Source: Rhodobacter sp. (GTDB taxonomy: Bacteria > Pseudomonadota > Alphaproteobacteria > Rhodobacterales > Rhodobacteraceae). Taken from it: a stretch of 64,000 nt of DNA. The DNA lies in NCBI GenBank assembly GCA_041905595.1, contig JAYRKT010000023.1:3525-67524 (forward strand), given 5' to 3'. Each line of letters opens with the position of its first letter. The first letter of the stretch is position 1. The position numbers and the translations under genes were made by a program. Positions 34,060 to 46,509 of the stretch are shown piece after piece. Below the pieces are notes generated by a model. The model had not been told where the DNA came from. It searched no databases and worked only from the letters and a program-made list of their open reading frames with translations.

Positions 34060-36696
34060 TCAGCCCACCTCGACGCCGTTCTGCCGGGCCAGTTCGATCA
34101 GTCGATCGCGCAGGGCATCGGCGATGGCTTCTGCCGGACTGGTCACGTCCCCCTTGTCCGCAAGCAGGTCCTGCGCGCTGCAGGCCGGTCCGAAGGCCAC
34201 GTGAACCGGGCGGAGCCGCGGCCACTTCAGCGTTCTCGGCCAGGCCTCGAAGGTTCCCTTGACGAAGACCGGCAAGGCGGGCGCGTCCGAGCCAAGCATC
34301 ACATGGCCAATGCCGGCATGGAACGGCAAGAGGTGCCCGTCGCCGGACCGCCAGCCTTCGGGGAACCAGACGACAACATTGCCGGCCGACAGCGCTGACA
34401 GGGCCATCCCGACCGCCGATGCCGGGGACGCATCATCGACCGGATACAGCCGCAGCGCACGCGCGGCCCTGGGCTTCAACCAGCCCCCCTTCACACGCGA
34501 CTGGGCGGCAGCCCAGACCGTCCGCCGCCGGACTGCCGGGGGCAGGGCCGCCGCGACCGATGAGGGGTCCATCAGGCTAACATGGTTGGGGCAAAGCACG
34601 CAGGGTCCGTCCTGCGGCAGGTTCTCAAGACCCGAAACCGTCAACGAGAAGCCAAGGCGTAGCGTCGCGCGGTTAAGCGCAAAAACGATCTCTCCGAAGA
34701 GCCGCTCGACGGTCGAAAGGGGGGCGAACCAATGCGCCTTTTCGGCGGCAGCCCTCGACTCATCAAGCTCCTGCAGCGTTGGGTTTGCGGCTTTCTCGCT
34801 TACCTTCGCGAGAAGGTCGCGCACCGTGCCGATCGCTGCGATATCCGCCGCGTCCAGCCGTGCGCCTGTCGCCTCCTCGATGGCAACCGAGAGGGTCATC
34901 CAGGCAAAAGAATCGAGGCCGAGGTCCAGCTGCATGTGGCTGTCCAGCGCAAGTCCCTGGCCATGATCCCGTTTCAGCAGTTCCCACACCTTGTCGCGAG
35001 GCGCACCTGCAAGCCACGACCGGTCGGCATCCGAAAGCTCGGCAGTCGGACCATCGCGGCGCCCTGTCAGCGCCCGTTCGTAAAGCGGCGGCAAGGCGAA
35101 GCGCCTCAGCTTGCCAAGGCGTGTGCGGGGCAAGGGGTCGCGGGACAACGCAAAGCCCGAAAGCCGCCAGGTCGATGGCAATGAAGTCGCCACCGAGCCG
35201 AGCCCGACGCGGACGGCATCATAAGGGTCGATCGTCTCGAACTTGCCGACCTCGGCCATGTTCGGCACCACCAGCGCGACAAGCCCGCCGTTCCGCTCCA
35301 GCACCGCGATCTCTCCGATCTGGGGGATGGCAAGGTAGGCGCGTTCGACGTCCTCGGGAAAAACCTTGTCCCCGCCCGCCAGAACGATGCGTTCCTTTAT
35401 CCTGCCTGTGACGAACAGGAAGCCGTCCTTGTCGACACGTCCAAGATCCCCGGTGCGAAAGAATCCGTCGGGCGTAAATGCAGTGCTGTTCGCCTCCGGG
35501 TTGTTGAGGTACCCCGAAAACAGCGATGGCCCCTTGAGAAGGATTTCACCTACCCCGTCTGCGGCAGGGGCGTCGATGCGGAGTTCGCAGCCATCAAGCG
35601 GCTTTCCGACCGATCCGGCGCGCTTCGCCGAAATCGGCCCGCAGACCGAGGCCGCCGTTTCCGCAAGGCCATAGCCCGAGCGGACATCCCATCCAAAGGC
35701 CTCAAGCATCTCGGTCGTTTCGGCGGTCAGGTTCGCGCCGCCCGAGATCAGCATGCGCAAGTCACGCCCGATTGTGCGCCGCAACGGGGCAAGCAACTGA
35801 TGCCCGATCCTGCCGCCCGTCAGCCTCCGCAGCCTGATCGACAGGGCAATGAGCATCCTGACCAGACGCGCCGCCAGTCTTCCTTTGGATGCGGCGCGCG
35901 ACTGGATGCCGAGAAGCATCGCGTCGTAAAGCCTTGGCACCCCGACAATCAGGGTCGGAGGACAAAGCTTCAGCGCCTCGGCGATATGCGGCCCCGAAGG
36001 ACTTTCCGGCAGGATGATCCTCGCGCCGAGGGTGACTGTTGTCAGCACGGCGGTGATCCAGGGATAGACATGGTGCATCGGCAGAGGCATCAGCACGCGG
36101 TCCGAGGCATCCAGCAAGCCGCTTTGGCTGATGGTGCGGGCGTTCCAGCCGAGATTGCCCTGGGTCAGATAGAAACTCTTGGGCGTTCCCGTGGTGCCCG
36201 AGGTGCGGAAAAGCGCAAGCGGCGCGGTGTCTTCTAGGTCGGGAAGGGCGGGGGCGTCTGAAACCGGAGTGATCGCATCAATTCCGAGTGTCGGGATCCG
36301 TCCTTCGAACTCCTCGCGCGTCGCGGCGTCGATGAGGACGAGTTTCGCTTCGGATGCGGCGGCCTGCTCTAGCGCCTCCTTGGCGGAAATCAGGGAGTCG
36401 AGCGGGGCAAGGATGACGCCCTTCAGATGACAGGCCAAGCCGGCCGCGATCCAGCCCGCCGAATTGGGCGCCCAGATCGCTACCACATCGCCCCGCGAGA
36501 CACCGCTCGTCTCGAGCGCCCGACAGGCGCCGTAGATCAGCTGGACGAAATCACTGCCACTGAACGTGCGGGCCTCGCCTCTGGTCACCGTGGTCAGGAA
36601 AGGTGCACTCCCGAGACGGTTCAAGGCCTTGACAGCATCTGCGGCCTGCCAAATCGAGACAGAACCGCTTTTCGGCCCCTTGGACTGGTCATCCAT
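34060..36696 (-). CDS. Acyl-AMP ligase - acyl carrier domain - PlsC-type acyltransferase fusion
   Basis: TSGTTGTPK, GYGLAET and FRTGDLG (adenylation domain); LGLDS (phosphopantetheine Ser); NHVSLMD and FPEGWRS (LPLAT blocks). GGGGAGGA RBS favours 36696 (36702 possible). Confidence 0.9.
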   Translation of the reverse strand: MDDQSKGPKSGSVSIWQAADAVKALNRLGSAPFLTTVTRGEARTFSGSDFVQLIYGACRALETSGVSRGDVVAIWAPNSAGWIAAGLACHLKGVILAPLDSLISAKEALEQAAASEAKLVLIDAATREEFEGRIPTLGIDAITPVSDAPALPDLEDTAPLALFRTSGTTGTPKSFYLTQGNLGWNARTISQSGLLDASDRVLMPLPMHHVYPWITAVLTTVTLGARIILPESPSGPHIAEALKLCPPTLIVGVPRLYDAMLLGIQSRAASKGRLAARLVRMLIALSIRLRRLTGGRIGHQLLAPLRRTIGRDLRMLISGGANLTAETTEMLEAFGWDVRSGYGLAETAASVCGPISAKRAGSVGKPLDGCELRIDAPAADGVGEILLKGPSLFSGYLNNPEANSTAFTPDGFFRTGDLGRVDKDGFLFVTGRIKERIVLAGGDKVFPEDVERAYLAIPQIGEIAVLERNGGLVALVVPNMAEVGKFETIDPYDAVRVGLGSVATSLPSTWRLSGFALSRDPLPRTRLGKLRRFALPPLYERALTGRRDGPTAELSDADRSWLAGAPRDKVWELLKRDHGQGLALDSHMQLDLGLDSFAWMTLSVAIEEATGARLDAADIAAIGTVRDLLAKVSEKAANPTLQELDESRAAAEKAHWFAPLSTVERLFGEIVFALNRATLRLGFSLTVSGLENLPQDGPCVLCPNHVSLMDPSSVAAALPPAVRRRTVWAAAQSRVKGGWLKPRAARALRLYPVDDASPASAVGMALSALSAGNVVVWFPEGWRSGDGHLLPFHAGIGHVMLGSDAPALPVFVKGTFEAWPRTLKWPRLRPVHVAFGPACSAQDLLADKGDVTSPAEAIADALRDRLIELARQNGVEVG

Positions 36697-36857
36697 GTTC
36701 ATTCCTCCCCCGAGTGCTGCCATGCTAAGCGCGTTGCGCCTCAGGCCAACTGATCCCGATCAAGTCGGGACCGCCTGACGGCTCAAGCTTTCTCCGGGGC
36801 ACATATGCTGGACGGCGGCAGCGGAAGGGGCGTAGATTTCCGATCGAGGATCTCATC

Positions 36858-38189
36858 ATGCCAAGACCATCGCCCGATCTCGTCTCCGAGCGGCCCGAAC
36901 TGTCGGACGCCGTGTGGCTTGACGTGCTGTCGGCGGTGGACAGGACCTATGCCGATCTGGTCGATTACCAGGAACGTCTGGAAAGCCAGAACGCCGAGCT
37001 TGAGGCGATGCGGCGGTTCCTTGGTTCGATCCTGGCGTCGACCTCGGACGTGCTGATCGTCACGAACCGGCAGGGATTGGTCGAAGAGATGAGCGCCTCG
37101 CTTGCCACGCTGACGGGCCGCCCGTCGGCCAGCCTGCAGGGTGGCCCCGTGACCGGACTGTTCGTCCAGGACCATGTCCCGGCACTGAACGCTGCGATCC
37201 AGACCGTCGCCCGAGAGAGGCGGCCGGTGATGATCGAGGCGGCGCTTGCCACCGGGTCCGGCCCCTCGGAACTCGAGTTGTCGCTTGCCCCCCGTTTCGA
37301 CGAACGGGGTCGCGTGGCGGGCCTGGTCCTGACGGGTCGACCGGTCGGCGAATTGCGCCGCACCTACGCTGCGCTTGAGCGGAGCCATGCCGAACTCAAG
37401 GCGGCGCAGGCCCAACTCGTGCGTAACGAAAAGCTTGCCTCACTCGGCAGACTTCTGGCCGGGGTCGCGCACGAACTGAACAATCCCATCAGCTTTGTCT
37501 ATGCCAACGCCCACGCGCTGGAGCGCTATTCCGGCAAGTTCCAGACCTATTTCGACCGCGTGCAGGCCGGGGCGATGCGCGAGGAACTGGTCCGCCTTCG
37601 CGAAGAGCTCAAGCTGGACCGGGAGGTAAGGAACCTCCGCGACGCCGTGCAGGGCGCGCGTGAGGGGGCAGAGCGCGTCCGCGATATCGTCGAGGACCTG
37701 CGGCGCCTCTCGGCCGACGGATCGGGCGAGTCCGAGGCCTTTGACCTTATGGAGACGGCGAAAATTGCGGCCAGCTGGGTTCTGCGAGGCGCGCGCAGCA
37801 GTGTCCAGGTCCGCTTCGAGGGGGCGAGTGACGTGACGGCTTTTGGTCGCCGCGGCCATATCCAGCAGGTCATCATGAACCTGGTGCAAAACGCCGTCGA
37901 TGCACTGGATGGCCGGACGGACGGATTGGTGACGATCGTGGTAAAGGACGAGGGCGAACGGGTTTCGCTGTCTGTCCATGACAACGGTCCGGGGGTCCCC
38001 CAGGACGCAGAAGGCGCGATCTTCGATCCGTTCTTCACCACCAAGGCCGTGGGAAAGGGGACGGGTCTTGGCCTGTCGATCAGCCACAAGATCGTCGAGG
38101 AACATGGCGGAGAACTGCGGCTTCTTCCTGCCGGCCCCGGTGGCGGCGCCACCTTCCGCTTCGATCTGCCGAAGGGGACTGCATCGTGA
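36858..38189 (+). CDS. hupT: H2-signalling PAS histidine kinase
   Basis: PAS region, LAGVAHELNNP H-box, NLVQNA, DNGPG, FDPFFTTKAVGKGTGLGLSI; directly upstream of hupUV. Confidence 0.93.
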   Translation: MPRPSPDLVSERPELSDAVWLDVLSAVDRTYADLVDYQERLESQNAELEAMRRFLGSILASTSDVLIVTNRQGLVEEMSASLATLTGRPSASLQGGPVTGLFVQDHVPALNAAIQTVARERRPVMIEAALATGSGPSELELSLAPRFDERGRVAGLVLTGRPVGELRRTYAALERSHAELKAAQAQLVRNEKLASLGRLLAGVAHELNNPISFVYANAHALERYSGKFQTYFDRVQAGAMREELVRLREELKLDREVRNLRDAVQGAREGAERVRDIVEDLRRLSADGSGESEAFDLMETAKIAASWVLRGARSSVQVRFEGASDVTAFGRRGHIQQVIMNLVQNAVDALDGRTDGLVTIVVKDEGERVSLSVHDNGPGVPQDAEGAIFDPFFTTKAVGKGTGLGLSISHKIVEEHGGELRLLPAGPGGGATFRFDLPKGTAS

Positions 38190-39178
38190 ACCTTCTCTGG
38201 TTGCAATCGGCCGGCTGCGGCGGCTGCACGATGTCGCTTCTCTGCGCGGAAGACCCGAATGTCTTCGACCTTCTCGACGGGGCGGGCATCGAGGTGCTCT
38301 GGCACCCGGCCCTGTCGGTCGAAAGCGGACAGGAGGTGCTGCGCCTGCTGGAGTCGGTGGAGAGGGGCGAGATCGGGCTTGATATCCTGTGCGTGGAGGG
38401 ATCGATCCTGCGCGGACCGAAGGGCACGGGGAAGTTCCAGATGCTGGGCGGCACCGGGCGGTCGATGCTCGACTGGGTGCGCAGCCTTGCCCCCCGCGCG
38501 CACCATGTTGTGGCGGTCGGAACCTGCGCAACCTATGGCGGCATCACCTCGGCGGGCGGCAACCCGGCGGACGCGGTGGGCCTGCAATACGAAGGGTCCC
38601 ATCGCGGCGGGGCGCTGGCCCCGGACTTCGTTTCGAAATCCGGCCTGCCGGTCATCAATGTCGCCGGGTGCCCGACGCATCCCGACTGGGTCACCGAGAC
38701 GCTGCTCCTGCTCAAGGCGGGCGAGATCGACCAGACTGCGCTCGACGGCTTCGGCCGGCCGCGGTTCTATGCCGACCATCTTGTCCACCATGCCTGCCCG
38801 AAGAACGAGTTCTACGAATACAAGGCCAGTGCCCGGCACCTGTCGCAAGCGGGCTGCCTGATGGAGAACCTCGGCTGCGTCGGTACGCAGGCGGTGGGGG
38901 ACTGCAACATACGGCCCTGGAACGGCGGCGGCAGCTGCACGCGCGGCGGCTATCCATGCATCGCCTGCACCGCGCCGGAATTCGAGGAACCGCGCCACCC
39001 CTTTACCGAAACGCCCAAGATCGCCGGCATTCCGGTCGGTCTGCCGTCGGACATGCCAAAGGCGTGGTTCATGGCCCTGGCCTCACTCTCCAAGGCCGCG
39101 ACGCCCGACCGCATCGCCCGCAACGCCCTGTCCGACCGGATCGCTGTGCCACCCCGGCTGAGGATGCCGCGGCGATGA
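38186..39178 (+). CDS. hupU: H2-sensing [NiFe]-hydrogenase small subunit (group 2b)
   Basis: WLQSAGCGGCTMSL, GTCATYGG, GCPTHP, HHACPKNEFY, CLMENLGC; no Tat leader. Confidence 0.95.
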   Translation: MNLLWLQSAGCGGCTMSLLCAEDPNVFDLLDGAGIEVLWHPALSVESGQEVLRLLESVERGEIGLDILCVEGSILRGPKGTGKFQMLGGTGRSMLDWVRSLAPRAHHVVAVGTCATYGGITSAGGNPADAVGLQYEGSHRGGALAPDFVSKSGLPVINVAGCPTHPDWVTETLLLLKAGEIDQTALDGFGRPRFYADHLVHHACPKNEFYEYKASARHLSQAGCLMENLGCVGTQAVGDCNIRPWNGGGSCTRGGYPCIACTAPEFEEPRHPFTETPKIAGIPVGLPSDMPKAWFMALASLSKAATPDRIARNALSDRIAVPPRLRMPRR

Positions 39179-40602
39179 GCGGATCGACCCTGCTTGTCGG
39201 CCCCTTCAACCGTGTGGAGGGCGACCTCGAGGTCAAGTTGACGATCGAAGCTGGGCGCGTGGCGGCGGCGCATGTGAACGCACCCCTGTTCCGCGGCTTC
39301 GAGCAGATGCTGATCGGCAAGGACCCGCGCGACGCGCTGACCATCACGCCGCGCATCTGCGGCATCTGCTCGATCAGCCAGTCGGCGGCGGCCGCACGCG
39401 CACTGGCGGCGGCGCAGGGGCTGAAGCCGACTCCGCAAGGCGACGCGATGGCGGCGCTGATCCATGCGGTCGAGAATGCGGCTGACCACCTGACGCATTT
39501 TCACCTGTTCTTCATGCCGGATTTCACCCGTGCAGCCTATGCCGGGTACCCGTGGCACGGGCGGGCCACCGCGCGCTTCACCCCGATGCAGGGCTCGGCC
39601 CAGCGTGCGGCGGTCGAGGCGCGTGCGGAACTGATGCACATCCTCGGGCTGATGGCCGGCAAGTGGCCCCACACGCTCGCGCTGCAGCCAGGAGGCGTGA
39701 CGCGTGCGCCCACGGCCCGCGACCGGGTGCGGATCATGGCAACCCTTGCGGCCTTCCGCCGCTATCTCGAGACGACGGTCTTCGGCGGGCCGCTTGAGGC
39801 CTTCGTCGCGCTGACCGATGCCAAGGCCCTGCACGGCTGGGAGACGGGCGATGCGGAGTTGTTCCTGCAGATCGCCCGCGACACTGGGCTCGACCTGCTT
39901 GGTACGGGGTCAGGCCGCTACCTGAGCTTCGGGGCCTATCCCATGAGCGATGGCCACGCCTTCCGGCAAGGCGTCTGGGATGGCGGCCCATCCCGGCTCG
40001 ACCTGGCCTGCATGACCGAGGATCTGAGCCATTCCTGGATGCTCGGTCCCTCGGCGCACCCTTCGCAAGGCGTGACACGGCCGGACGAGGACATGCGCAC
40101 CTCGGCCTACAGCTGGTGCAAGGCACCGCGACTGGGCGGGCTGACCTTTGAAACCGGGGCGCTGGCCCGCCAAGTGGTCGACGGCCATCCGCTTGCAATG
40201 GACCTTGCCCGGCAAGGCGGCGTGCTGGCGCGCGTCGCGGCGCGGCTGCTTGAACTGGCCCGGACCCAGATCCTGATGGAAGAACTGGCGGCGGCCATCG
40301 ACCCCTCGGCGACCTTCATGCTGCAGGATGAAACCCCGGACGAGGGATCGGGCGCGGGACTGGTCGAGGCAGCCCGGGGCGCGCTTGGCCACTGGTTGCG
40401 GATCGAGCGGGGACGGATCGCCTCTTACCAGATCGTCGCACCGACGACCTGGAACTTCTCGCCACGCGACGCCTCTGGCCAACCCGGCCCGCTGGAAGCC
40501 GCGCTGGTCGGGGCCCAGGTGCGCGAGGGTGAGGATACGCCGGTCACCGTCCAGCATATCGTGCGGAGCTTCGATCCCTGCATGGTCTGCACGGTCCACT
40601 GA
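39175..40602 (+). CDS. hupV: H2-sensing [NiFe]-hydrogenase large subunit (group 2b)
   Basis: GPFNRVEGDL, RICGICS (L1); ends DPCMVCTVH-stop with no cleavable extension. ATG 39175 overlaps the hupU stop. Confidence 0.95.
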   Translation: MSGSTLLVGPFNRVEGDLEVKLTIEAGRVAAAHVNAPLFRGFEQMLIGKDPRDALTITPRICGICSISQSAAAARALAAAQGLKPTPQGDAMAALIHAVENAADHLTHFHLFFMPDFTRAAYAGYPWHGRATARFTPMQGSAQRAAVEARAELMHILGLMAGKWPHTLALQPGGVTRAPTARDRVRIMATLAAFRRYLETTVFGGPLEAFVALTDAKALHGWETGDAELFLQIARDTGLDLLGTGSGRYLSFGAYPMSDGHAFRQGVWDGGPSRLDLACMTEDLSHSWMLGPSAHPSQGVTRPDEDMRTSAYSWCKAPRLGGLTFETGALARQVVDGHPLAMDLARQGGVLARVAARLLELARTQILMEELAAAIDPSATFMLQDETPDEGSGAGLVEAARGALGHWLRIERGRIASYQIVAPTTWNFSPRDASGQPGPLEAALVGAQVREGEDTPVTVQHIVRSFDPCMVCTVH

Positions 40603-42830
40603 TGAAGGATCTGCGAATCCGCGTGCGGGGCCAGGTGCAGGGCGTCGGTTTCCGGCCCTTCGTCTGGCAGATCGCGCGTGAGGCAGGCGCTTTGGGGGAG
40701 GTGCTGAACGATCCCGAGGGCGTGCTGATCCATATCCGCCTGGCCGATGTGCAGGCGTTCCTGAACGCGCTCCGCGACCGCGCCCCGCCCCTGGCGCGGA
40801 TCGACGCGATCGAAGTGAGCGACCATCACTTCCCCGCCCTGCCCGAAGACTTCGTCATCGCCACCAGCCGCGGCCGGGGCGCCGAGACCCGGGTGACGCC
40901 CGATGCCGCGACCTGCCCGGCTTGCGCCGCCGAGATCCGCGATCCAGAACAGCGGCGCTTTGGCTATGCCTTCACCAACTGCACCCATTGCGGACCACGG
41001 TTTACCATTCTGACCGGCCTGCCCTACGACCGTGCGCAGACGACGATGGCCCGCTTCGCGCTGTGTCCGGACTGCCGCGCGGAATACGGCAACCCCGCCG
41101 ACCGCCGCTTTCACGCCCAGCCGGTCGCCTGCCCCGCCTGCGGCCCGCGCCTGTGGCTGGAGGAGGGTGGAACAGAATTACCGGGGGATGCGATCGGCCT
41201 TGCGGCCGCGCGCCTGAAGGCCGGGGCGATCCTTGCCATCAAGGGGTTGGGCGGGTTCCACCTCGCCTGCAATGCGCGGGCACCGGCAGCGATTGCCGAG
41301 CTTCGTCGACGCAAGCGCCGCCCCGCCAAGCCGTTGGCCCTGATGGCAACGCAGCAGATGATCGCCCGACATGCGCGGGTCTCGCGGCCCGAAGCCGAGT
41401 TGCTCGCCGATCACGCCGCGCCGATCGTGCTTCTGCCCAAGGCGGGCGAGCCGCTGCCCGACGACCTTGCACCGGGGCTATCCGTGATCGGCTGGATGGT
41501 GCCCTACACGCCGTTGCACCATATACTGCTCGATGCCTTCGGCGGACCGCTGGTGATGACCTCGGGTAATCTCTCGGGCGAGCCGCAGGTGATCGGCAAC
41601 GACGAGGCGCGCGCGAAGCTCTCGGGCTTCGCCGACGCCTTCCTGATGCATGATCGCGACATCGCCCGTAGGCTGGATGACTCGGTCGAGCGTATCACGC
41701 CGGCCGGACCGATGGTCATGCGGCGCGGGCGGGGGCGTGTGCCGGGCACCCTGCCCCTGCCCCCCGGCTTCGAGGCCGCGGATCAGGTCCTGGCCTTTGG
41801 CGGACAGATGAAGTCGGCGATCTGCCTCGTCAAGAACGGGCAGGCGATGCTGTCGCACCATCTGGGCGATCTCGACGACGCCCTGACGCAAGAGGAATAC
41901 GGCAAGGCGCTGGCTGATTGCGCCGCTCTGTTCGACCACCGCGCCGAGTTGGGGGCCTGCGACCTGCATCCCGACTACGTCTCTACCCGTGCCGCCGAGG
42001 CGTCGGCTCTGCCGCTGGTCCGGGTGCAGCACCACCATGCCCATCTGGCAAGCTGCCTTGGCGATGCGCTCTGGCCGCTGGATGGCGGTCCCGTCGCTGG
42101 TATCATCCTGGACGGCACGGGCCACGGCAGCGACGGCGCCGTGTGGGGGGGCGAGGTGCTGCTTGGCGACTACCGCGGATTCGAGCGGATCGCGCATCTG
42201 CGGCCCGCTCCCCTGCCGGGGGGCGACGCGGCAAGCGTCGAGCCTTGGCGGAATGCGGTCATGCGGCTGGATCATGCGGGACTTGCCGAGGTTGCGGCTG
42301 CGCTTTTCCCGGGAAAGCCGATCGCGACGGTCCGCGCGGCGGCGTCGGCGGGGTTCAACGCGCCGTTATCTTCCTCGGCGGGGCGGCTGTTCGACGCGGT
42401 GGCGGCGCTCCTCGGGATCTGCCCCAACCGACAGTCCTATGAAGGCGAAGCCGCCATGCGGCTGGAGGCTTTGGCCGATGTCGCCGCTCCGCCGCTACCC
42501 TTTGCGGTTGGTAGCGGCCTCATCGACCCTTCCCCAATGGTCGCGGAAGTTGTCGACGGGCTGCGCGACGGCGTCCGGCCCGGCCTTCTGGCAGGCGGTT
42601 TCCAGCGGGGGCTTGCCCGCGCTTTCGCCCAACCGGCGCGGGAGGCCGTCCGGTCGGGGCGGGCAATTGCGGTCGCACTGTCGGGCGGGTGTTTCCAGAA
42701 CCCGGCGCTGCTTGACGCTGTCCTGACCGAGTTGCAGGGGGTTCCCGTCCTGGTCCATGCCCAGGTTCCTGCGAATGATGGCGGCCTGGCACTCGGGCAG
42801 GCGCTGATCGCGGCAGCGGAAAGCATCTGA
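40602..42830 (+). CDS. hypF: Carbamoyltransferase HypF
   Basis: VRGQVQGVGFRPFV, CPAC/FTNCTHCGPR and CPDC/CPACGP zinc fingers, KGLGGFHLAC, HHHAH, DGTGHG, SSAGRLFDA, ANDGGLALGQ. Confidence 0.96.
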   Translation: MKDLRIRVRGQVQGVGFRPFVWQIAREAGALGEVLNDPEGVLIHIRLADVQAFLNALRDRAPPLARIDAIEVSDHHFPALPEDFVIATSRGRGAETRVTPDAATCPACAAEIRDPEQRRFGYAFTNCTHCGPRFTILTGLPYDRAQTTMARFALCPDCRAEYGNPADRRFHAQPVACPACGPRLWLEEGGTELPGDAIGLAAARLKAGAILAIKGLGGFHLACNARAPAAIAELRRRKRRPAKPLALMATQQMIARHARVSRPEAELLADHAAPIVLLPKAGEPLPDDLAPGLSVIGWMVPYTPLHHILLDAFGGPLVMTSGNLSGEPQVIGNDEARAKLSGFADAFLMHDRDIARRLDDSVERITPAGPMVMRRGRGRVPGTLPLPPGFEAADQVLAFGGQMKSAICLVKNGQAMLSHHLGDLDDALTQEEYGKALADCAALFDHRAELGACDLHPDYVSTRAAEASALPLVRVQHHHAHLASCLGDALWPLDGGPVAGIILDGTGHGSDGAVWGGEVLLGDYRGFERIAHLRPAPLPGGDAASVEPWRNAVMRLDHAGLAEVAAALFPGKPIATVRAAASAGFNAPLSSSAGRLFDAVAALLGICPNRQSYEGEAAMRLEALADVAAPPLPFAVGSGLIDPSPMVAEVVDGLRDGVRPGLLAGGFQRGLARAFAQPAREAVRSGRAIAVALSGGCFQNPALLDAVLTELQGVPVLVHAQVPANDGGLALGQALIAAAESI

Positions 42831-43031
42831 CCAGTCCGTGTCGCGCCCTGACTACTCCGCTATCGCCGCAGACGGTCGACGCGGGCGGGATTTTCATCCA
42901 ACCGTCTGACACGAAAATGAAATAATCTCTCCCTGCCTCCGGCAAGGTTCCGGTTTGATCGCCATCCCACCTGTGCATCCTCTTGCATACCGAGGTGCCG
43001 GCTTGTCCGGTGCTACCCAGGGAGGAGAGCC

Positions 43032-44117
43032 TTGTCCGAGATTGAAACCTTCTACGACGTGATGCGTCGGCAGGGGATCACCCGCCGCAGCTTCATGAAA
43101 TACTGTTCGCTGACGGCAGCGGCGCTTGGCCTTGGCCCGTCCTTCGTGCCGAAGATCGCCCATGCGATGGAGACGAAGCCGCGTACGCCTGTGATCTGGA
43201 TCCACGGTCTGGAATGCACCTGCTGTTCGGAGAGCTTCATCCGCTCGGCCCATCCGCTGGCCAAGGATGTGGTGCTGTCGATGATCAGCCTCGACTATGA
43301 CGACACGCTGATGGCGGCGGCCGGGCATCAGGCCGAAGCGGCACTGATGGACACGATCGAGAAATACAAGGGCAACTACATCCTCGCGGTCGAAGGCAAC
43401 CCGCCGCTGAACGAGGACGGGATGTATTGCATCGTCGGCGGCAAGCCCTTCGTCGAGCAGCTGAAGATGGCCGCCGAGAACGCTAAGGCGATCATCAGCT
43501 GGGGCGCCTGCGCGTCCTATGGCTGCGTGCAGGCCGCCTCGCCCAACCCGACGCGCGCCACGCCGGTGCACAAGGTCATCCTCGACAAGCCGATCATCAA
43601 GGTGCCGGGCTGCCCGCCGATCGCCGAGGTAATGACCGGCGTCATCACCTACATGCTGACCTTCGACCGGATGCCCGAGCTTGACCGTCAGGGCCGGCCG
43701 CAGATGTTCTACAGCCAGCGCATCCACGACAAATGCTATCGCCGCCCGCATTTCGACGCCGGCCAGTTCGTCGAGCACTGGGACGACGAGAACGCCCGCA
43801 AGGGCTATTGCCTTTACAAGATGGGCTGCAAGGGTCCGACGACCTACAACGCCTGTTCGACCATCATGTGGAACGATGGAACTTCGTTCCCGATCAAGTC
43901 GGGCCACGGTTGCATCGGCTGTTCCGAGGAGGGGTTCTGGGACCAGGGCGGCTTCTACAACCGTCTGACGAGCATCAACCAGTTCGGGATCGAAGAGAAT
44001 GCCGACAAGGTCGGCATGGTCGCGGCGGGCGTCGTAGCCGGCGGGGTCGCGGTCCATGCCGCGGTTTCGGCGTTGAAACGCGCCCAGAAGAAGTCGCAGG
44101 ACAAGGTGGAGGACTGA
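43032..44117 (+). CDS. hupS: Membrane-bound uptake [NiFe]-hydrogenase small subunit (group 1d)
   Basis: Tat motif [49 protein letters not shown]-terminal TM anchor. TTG start behind GGAGGAG. Confidence 0.97.
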   Translation: MSEIETFYDVMRRQGITRRSFMKYCSLTAAALGLGPSFVPKIAHAMETKPRTPVIWIHGLECTCCSESFIRSAHPLAKDVVLSMISLDYDDTLMAAAGHQAEAALMDTIEKYKGNYILAVEGNPPLNEDGMYCIVGGKPFVEQLKMAAENAKAIISWGACASYGCVQAASPNPTRATPVHKVILDKPIIKVPGCPPIAEVMTGVITYMLTFDRMPELDRQGRPQMFYSQRIHDKCYRRPHFDAGQFVEHWDDENARKGYCLYKMGCKGPTTYNACSTIMWNDGTSFPIKSGHGCIGCSEEGFWDQGGFYNRLTSINQFGIEENADKVGMVAAGVVAGGVAVHAAVSALKRAQKKSQDKVED

Positions 44118-44120
44118 GCC

Positions 44121-45914
<1,794 letters not shown>

Positions 45915-45924
45915 GGAGGCCCCG

Positions 45925-46506
45925 ATGAAGAAACTTGCACTCACTGCCGCCCTGTCGCTCGTCGCCGGCCCTGCCCTTGCGCATACCGGCCATGGCGATG
46001 CGCAGGGTTTCCTTCATGGCTTTCTGCACCCGCTGACCGGCGCTGATCATCTGCTTGCCATGCTGGCGGTCGGTCTCTGGTCGGGCTTTGTGCTGCCAAA
46101 CCGGTTCTGGGCCGGGGCCGCGACCTTCCTCGCGGCGATGGCAGCCGGCGCCGGACTGTCCTGGGCGGGTGTCGGATTTCCCGCGGTCGAGACAATGATC
46201 CTTGGCTCGGTGATCCTGTTCGGGATGCTGGTGCTGGCATCCCGCCCCGGCCAGCCGCGTTGGTTGACGGCTGCTTCGCTTGGCATGATCGCGCTTTTCG
46301 CCTCGGCGCACGGGTTCGCGCATGCCAGCGAGGCGACGGGTTCGATTGCGACCTACCTCGCGGGCTTCCTTGCCTCGACCTTCGCGCTGCATCTGGCGGG
46401 GATCGGACTTGCCCGGAGCGTGGCAGACCGCAGCTTTGCGCGCCTGGTTCAGGGCGCAGTCGGGGTGGCGATCGCGGGCGGCGGTCTCTGGATGATTGCG
46501 GGGTAG
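45925..46506 (+). CDS. hupE: HupE/UreJ family nickel permease
   Basis: Signal peptide then AHTGH, GFLHPLTGADHLLAMLAVG, FASAHGFAHA. Confidence 0.93.
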   Translation: MKKLALTAALSLVAGPALAHTGHGDAQGFLHGFLHPLTGADHLLAMLAVGLWSGFVLPNRFWAGAATFLAAMAAGAGLSWAGVGFPAVETMILGSVILFGMLVLASRPGQPRWLTAASLGMIALFASAHGFAHASEATGSIATYLAGFLASTFALHLAGIGLARSVADRSFARLVQGAVGVAIAGGGLWMIAG

Positions 46507-46509
46507 GCC

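Noticed and set aside
36754-36770. TCCCGA-N5-TCGGGA dyad upstream of hupT
   Set aside because: A 6-bp GC-rich dyad with no second copy seen; compatible with chance.
38389-39174. Apparent 737-aa HupV with long N-terminal extension, or a hupU/hupV frameshift fusion
   Set aside because: The extension overlaps hupU in another frame and is low-complexity. ATG 39175 overlapping the hupU stop gives a normal HupV.
42960-42990. sigma54 -24/-12 promoter upstream of hupS (TGTGCATCCTCTTGCA)
   Set aside because: It lacks the invariant GG at 10-nt spacing from GC, and HupR lacks GAFTGA.
45925-46506. hupE inserted between hupL and hupC as an unusual arrangement
   Set aside because: I recall the same hupSLEC order in Rhodobacter sphaeroides.
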